Assembly (NCBI RefSeq): GCF_000328665.1
Contig: NC_019977.1
Location: 2,408,905-2,428,904 of the forward strand
From: Methanomethylovorans hollandica DSM 15978
GTDB taxonomy: Archaea > Halobacteriota > Methanosarcinia > Methanosarcinales > Methanosarcinaceae
DNA: 20,000 nt
Direction: 5' to 3'
Part shown: positions 17,266 to 20,000 of the stretch, one piece after another
How the letters are laid out: the number at the start of each line of letters is the position of its first letter
Numbering within the stretch: the stretch's first letter is position 1
Notes under the pieces: generated by a model
Told to the model about the DNA's origin: nothing
Seen by the model: the letters and a program-made list of their open reading frames with translations, nothing else
Databases searched by the model: none
Program-made: the position numbers and the translations under genes

Positions 17266-18366
17266 TTATAAATGTTCATTAGCAAGCATCATTGCTCTCA
17301 TTAGATCTGTCCTGGAGAGAATACCTACTACAGAACCATTGGAATCAACAACCAGTACTCTTCCAATATTATTTGACATCATCAATTTAAAAGCGTCTGC
17401 AGCATTGGCATCCTCGGTCAATGAAACGACACGTGTAGTCATGATATCTCTTACTTGCAAAACAGCTCTTTCAAGAGGAGGTACTTTATGTACATCACTT
17501 AAAGTAACAATGCCTTTTAAATAATTACTTTCCATAACAGGATAACCCATGTGTTTATGCTCGAACATAAAATCCAACATATCTTCAATGGTCATATATG
17601 GAGACACTGAAGTAACTTCCTTACTCATAACATCAGAAACCGAATATTTTTCGAGGGTTACTGTAACCGTTGTAGACCTGTCTTCTTCAGAAGCGCCTAT
17701 GTAAACAAAAAATGCTATTAGTATCAGCCAGGCATTGGAAAAAAGTCCAACTATACCCATGAGAAAAGCAAAGACCTTGCCCACTGATGCAGCATAGTGT
17801 GTAGCTTGTATGTAGTTCATCCTTCCAGCAAACCATGCTCTGAGAACACGACCACCGTCCATTGGAAAAGCCGGTAGGAGATTAAAAAGACCCAAAACTA
17901 TGTTAATAGAGCCCAGAATACTGAACATCATGTAAATAGGTGTTGCTGCATAGGGAATTATCACGGAAGCTACAAGGAAATTCACTAAGAAAATGGTCAA
18001 ACCAATAACAAGGCTCACAAGGGGACCAGCAAAAGCCATTTTAAGCTCTTGAGATGGATTTCTGGGTATCTCTTCCATCGACGAGACACCACCAATAAGC
18101 ATCAGTGTTATATCTTTTATTTCCACACCGTATCTTTGGGCCACATAGGAGTGACCTAATTCATGCAGAAGTACACATAAAAACAGAAGGATAGTAGTAA
18201 TCAAGGATAAAAGATAGTTCATCGTTGGAGTGGCCTGATCCTGAAAGCCAAAAGGAGCAGGATTTGTAGCAAATACCAAGGCGAATACTGGCAGTATGAA
18301 CAAAAAAGTAATATGTAATTTAATGGGTATGCCAAGAATTTTCCCTATTTGAAACGATGTTTTCAT
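17266..18366 (-). CDS. Site-2 (M50) membrane zinc metalloprotease with CBS domain pair
   Basis: Motifs HELGH, AGPLVS and FNLLPAFPMDGGRVLR; C-terminal CBS pair (HMGYPV..GIVTLSD, GILSRTD). Confidence 0.95.
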   Translation of the reverse strand: MKTSFQIGKILGIPIKLHITFLFILPVFALVFATNPAPFGFQDQATPTMNYLLSLITTILLFLCVLLHELGHSYVAQRYGVEIKDITLMLIGGVSSMEEIPRNPSQELKMAFAGPLVSLVIGLTIFLVNFLVASVIIPYAATPIYMMFSILGSINIVLGLFNLLPAFPMDGGRVLRAWFAGRMNYIQATHYAASVGKVFAFLMGIVGLFSNAWLILIAFFVYIGASEEDRSTTVTVTLEKYSVSDVMSKEVTSVSPYMTIEDMLDFMFEHKHMGYPVMESNYLKGIVTLSDVHKVPPLERAVLQVRDIMTTRVVSLTEDANAADAFKLMMSNNIGRVLVVDSNGSVVGILSRTDLMRAMMLANEHL

Positions 18367-18561
18367 GGTTAACCTTGTGTGATATATTCATATTTATGTT
18401 TATCTTATTAGCATATTGCTAGTTTAATACTTTCACCCAGCTTGGTCTTCTTTTATATCTCCGGAAGGATTACTAATAATTATGTAAAGGATTAATGTAA
18501 ACACGCCTTACAAGCTTCAAGGCCAGGTACCATTAATTCCCAAAATACGTCCATCCCCTCA

Positions 18562-18647
18562 ATATGTAACCGGAACATATCTTGGATATTTAGAATGCAT
18601 TTGAGAGCGCATTAAAATCCGTTAGTTTCTCAAGATATGTTACCGGT
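18562..18647. repeat. Long imperfect inverted repeat / structured intergenic element
   Basis: ACCGG-AACATATCTTG (18569-18584) pairs with CAAGATATGTTACCGGT (18631-18647); inner stem AATGC/GCATT. Confidence 0.7.
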
Positions 18648-18694
18648 CCCGTCAAAAATGATAACTTTTCGAAATGTAATCTTTTAAAAGCATA

Positions 18695-19858
18695 TCATTC
18701 TTGCATGTTAATTTCAGAAGATTGTAATTGTTGAATGACAGTTTTTAAGTCCCTGACAAATGCCAAAATATTTTCTTCTGTCATATGAGGCATAACAACA
18801 AGCCTTATAGAAGATGGTTGTTTTGTTACGGAAACTTGCCAGCCAAATTGAGTGGCTAATTCTGTACGGATCTTCTTCGGCTCTTCAACAGATAACGCTA
18901 CAATGTTCATTACAGGATCAATAACAGGCTTTACTCCGATGTTCTTTGTTTCGTCTAGAAGTAAATTAGTCAGCTTCATGCATTTATTAACGACTTGTTG
19001 ATAACCTTCTTTTCCTAAATGCTTCATTACAGCATATGTACTTGCGACTGAGGCTCCACTGCGAGTACCAGTAAGAGTACACTGACTACTTATAGTCAAA
19101 TAAGGCGTATCTACTTTAAGCAGTTCCATCATTTTTTCTTCTCTGAAGAGCAAAGCTCCTGAAGGAATCGTACTCAAACCCATTTTATGAGGATCTATAG
19201 CTATAGAAGTCACACCAGGAAGAGAAAAATCAAATGGTACATGATTAGGAAGAAAAGGAAGAAGAAAGCCTCCAAAAGCTGCATCTATATGAAGAGGTAG
19301 ATCATTATCGATTGCAATTTTTGATAATTCTGAGATAGGGTCTACCTGACCGAACTCAGTAGAACCGGCAATACCAACAAGCCCTACAGTATTTTTATCT
19401 ATCAGAGAAAGAACATCCTCAGTATCCACAACAAGATCGGGAAGAATGCGCGCTTTGCGTACATTGATCTTAAGTATATCAGCTATTTTGTCGAAAGAAA
19501 AATGAGCTGATCCAGATACGATTATATTTGGATCTTTAATAGATGTGCAGGCGTTGCGCATAGCCCGTACGGCCTGTATATTTGACTCAGTTCCTCCTGT
19601 TGTAAGATAACCATAAGGATGAGAATTATGTAATAGATCACCCAGCATTGTTAAAACACTTTTTTCAAGTTCATATGTTCCCATGAAAAGACCATAGTCT
19701 CCCATATTAGATTCAATAAAAATCCGGTGTGCTTCAACTGCAACAGGATGAGGATAAGTACACATAGAACTTAGTACTTTTTCATAAGAAATATCTTTTG
19801 ATTTTGCCTGTTGCAAAGCAGATTCAATATCTTCCCAATTTTGTCCATATTCCTGCAT
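18695..19858 (-). CDS. mfnA: L-tyrosine/L-aspartate decarboxylase (PLP-dependent, group II)
   Basis: Motifs VLSSMCTYPHP, TTGGTESN, AHFSFDK, LHIDAAFGG, IDPHKMG (PLP lysine), GTRSG and RLVVMPH. Confidence 0.95.
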   Translation of the reverse strand: MQEYGQNWEDIESALQQAKSKDISYEKVLSSMCTYPHPVAVEAHRIFIESNMGDYGLFMGTYELEKSVLTMLGDLLHNSHPYGYLTTGGTESNIQAVRAMRNACTSIKDPNIIVSGSAHFSFDKIADILKINVRKARILPDLVVDTEDVLSLIDKNTVGLVGIAGSTEFGQVDPISELSKIAIDNDLPLHIDAAFGGFLLPFLPNHVPFDFSLPGVTSIAIDPHKMGLSTIPSGALLFREEKMMELLKVDTPYLTISSQCTLTGTRSGASVASTYAVMKHLGKEGYQQVVNKCMKLTNLLLDETKNIGVKPVIDPVMNIVALSVEEPKKIRTELATQFGWQVSVTKQPSSIRLVVMPHMTEENILAFVRDLKTVIQQLQSSEINMQE

Positions 19859-20000
19859 TTGCTGTTAAAATAACCGTAATGTTTAAATTTATTTTGTTTA
19901 TTATTGTAAAACAGATTGGTTATAGATGGTCCTAAAAAAATTTAAAGCTTTGAAAAATGAACTTTTTACATCATGTGCAAAGGAACCCCATGGTTTCTAC

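Noticed and set aside
5644..17524. Other short ORFs overlapping the assigned genes
   Set aside because: They lie within or across well-supported CDSs, on the opposite strand or in another frame, and show no family motifs.
1..20000. Pyrrolysine (TAG) read-through
   Set aside because: The main CDSs I checked end in TAA or TGA and look complete. The small ORF ending in TAG at 5002 hits TGA seven codons later.

Overview
Chromosomal window from a methanogenic archaeon, most likely Methanosarcinaceae (inferred from ftr, mfnA and a DNRLRE/disaggregatase-type surface protein). The left part (about 1.2-13.3 kb) looks accessory and surface-related. It holds a predicted lipid-anchored beta-helix/PKD/DNRLRE disaggregatase-like protein, a hexapeptide-repeat acyltransferase, and a tightly packed minus-strand operon: acyl carrier protein, AMP-forming ligase, WbuX/PseA-like PP-loop enzyme, NadE paralog, FabG-like reductase, then a DUF362/ferredoxin gene. 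A GNAT gene is transcribed divergently from the operon. This carrier-protein system in an archaeon is the most notable feature; I infer that it makes an acyl or amide unit for surface-glycan decoration. The right part is housekeeping (dinB, ftr, TraB-family, M50-CBS protease, mfnA). Between dinB and ftr is an unannotated deletion scar joining the 5' end of an ion-channel gene to the 3' end of a CopB-type ATPase gene. A truncated aldo/keto reductase at the left edge is missing from the ORF track. All family assignments come from motif recognition by eye; no database search was run.
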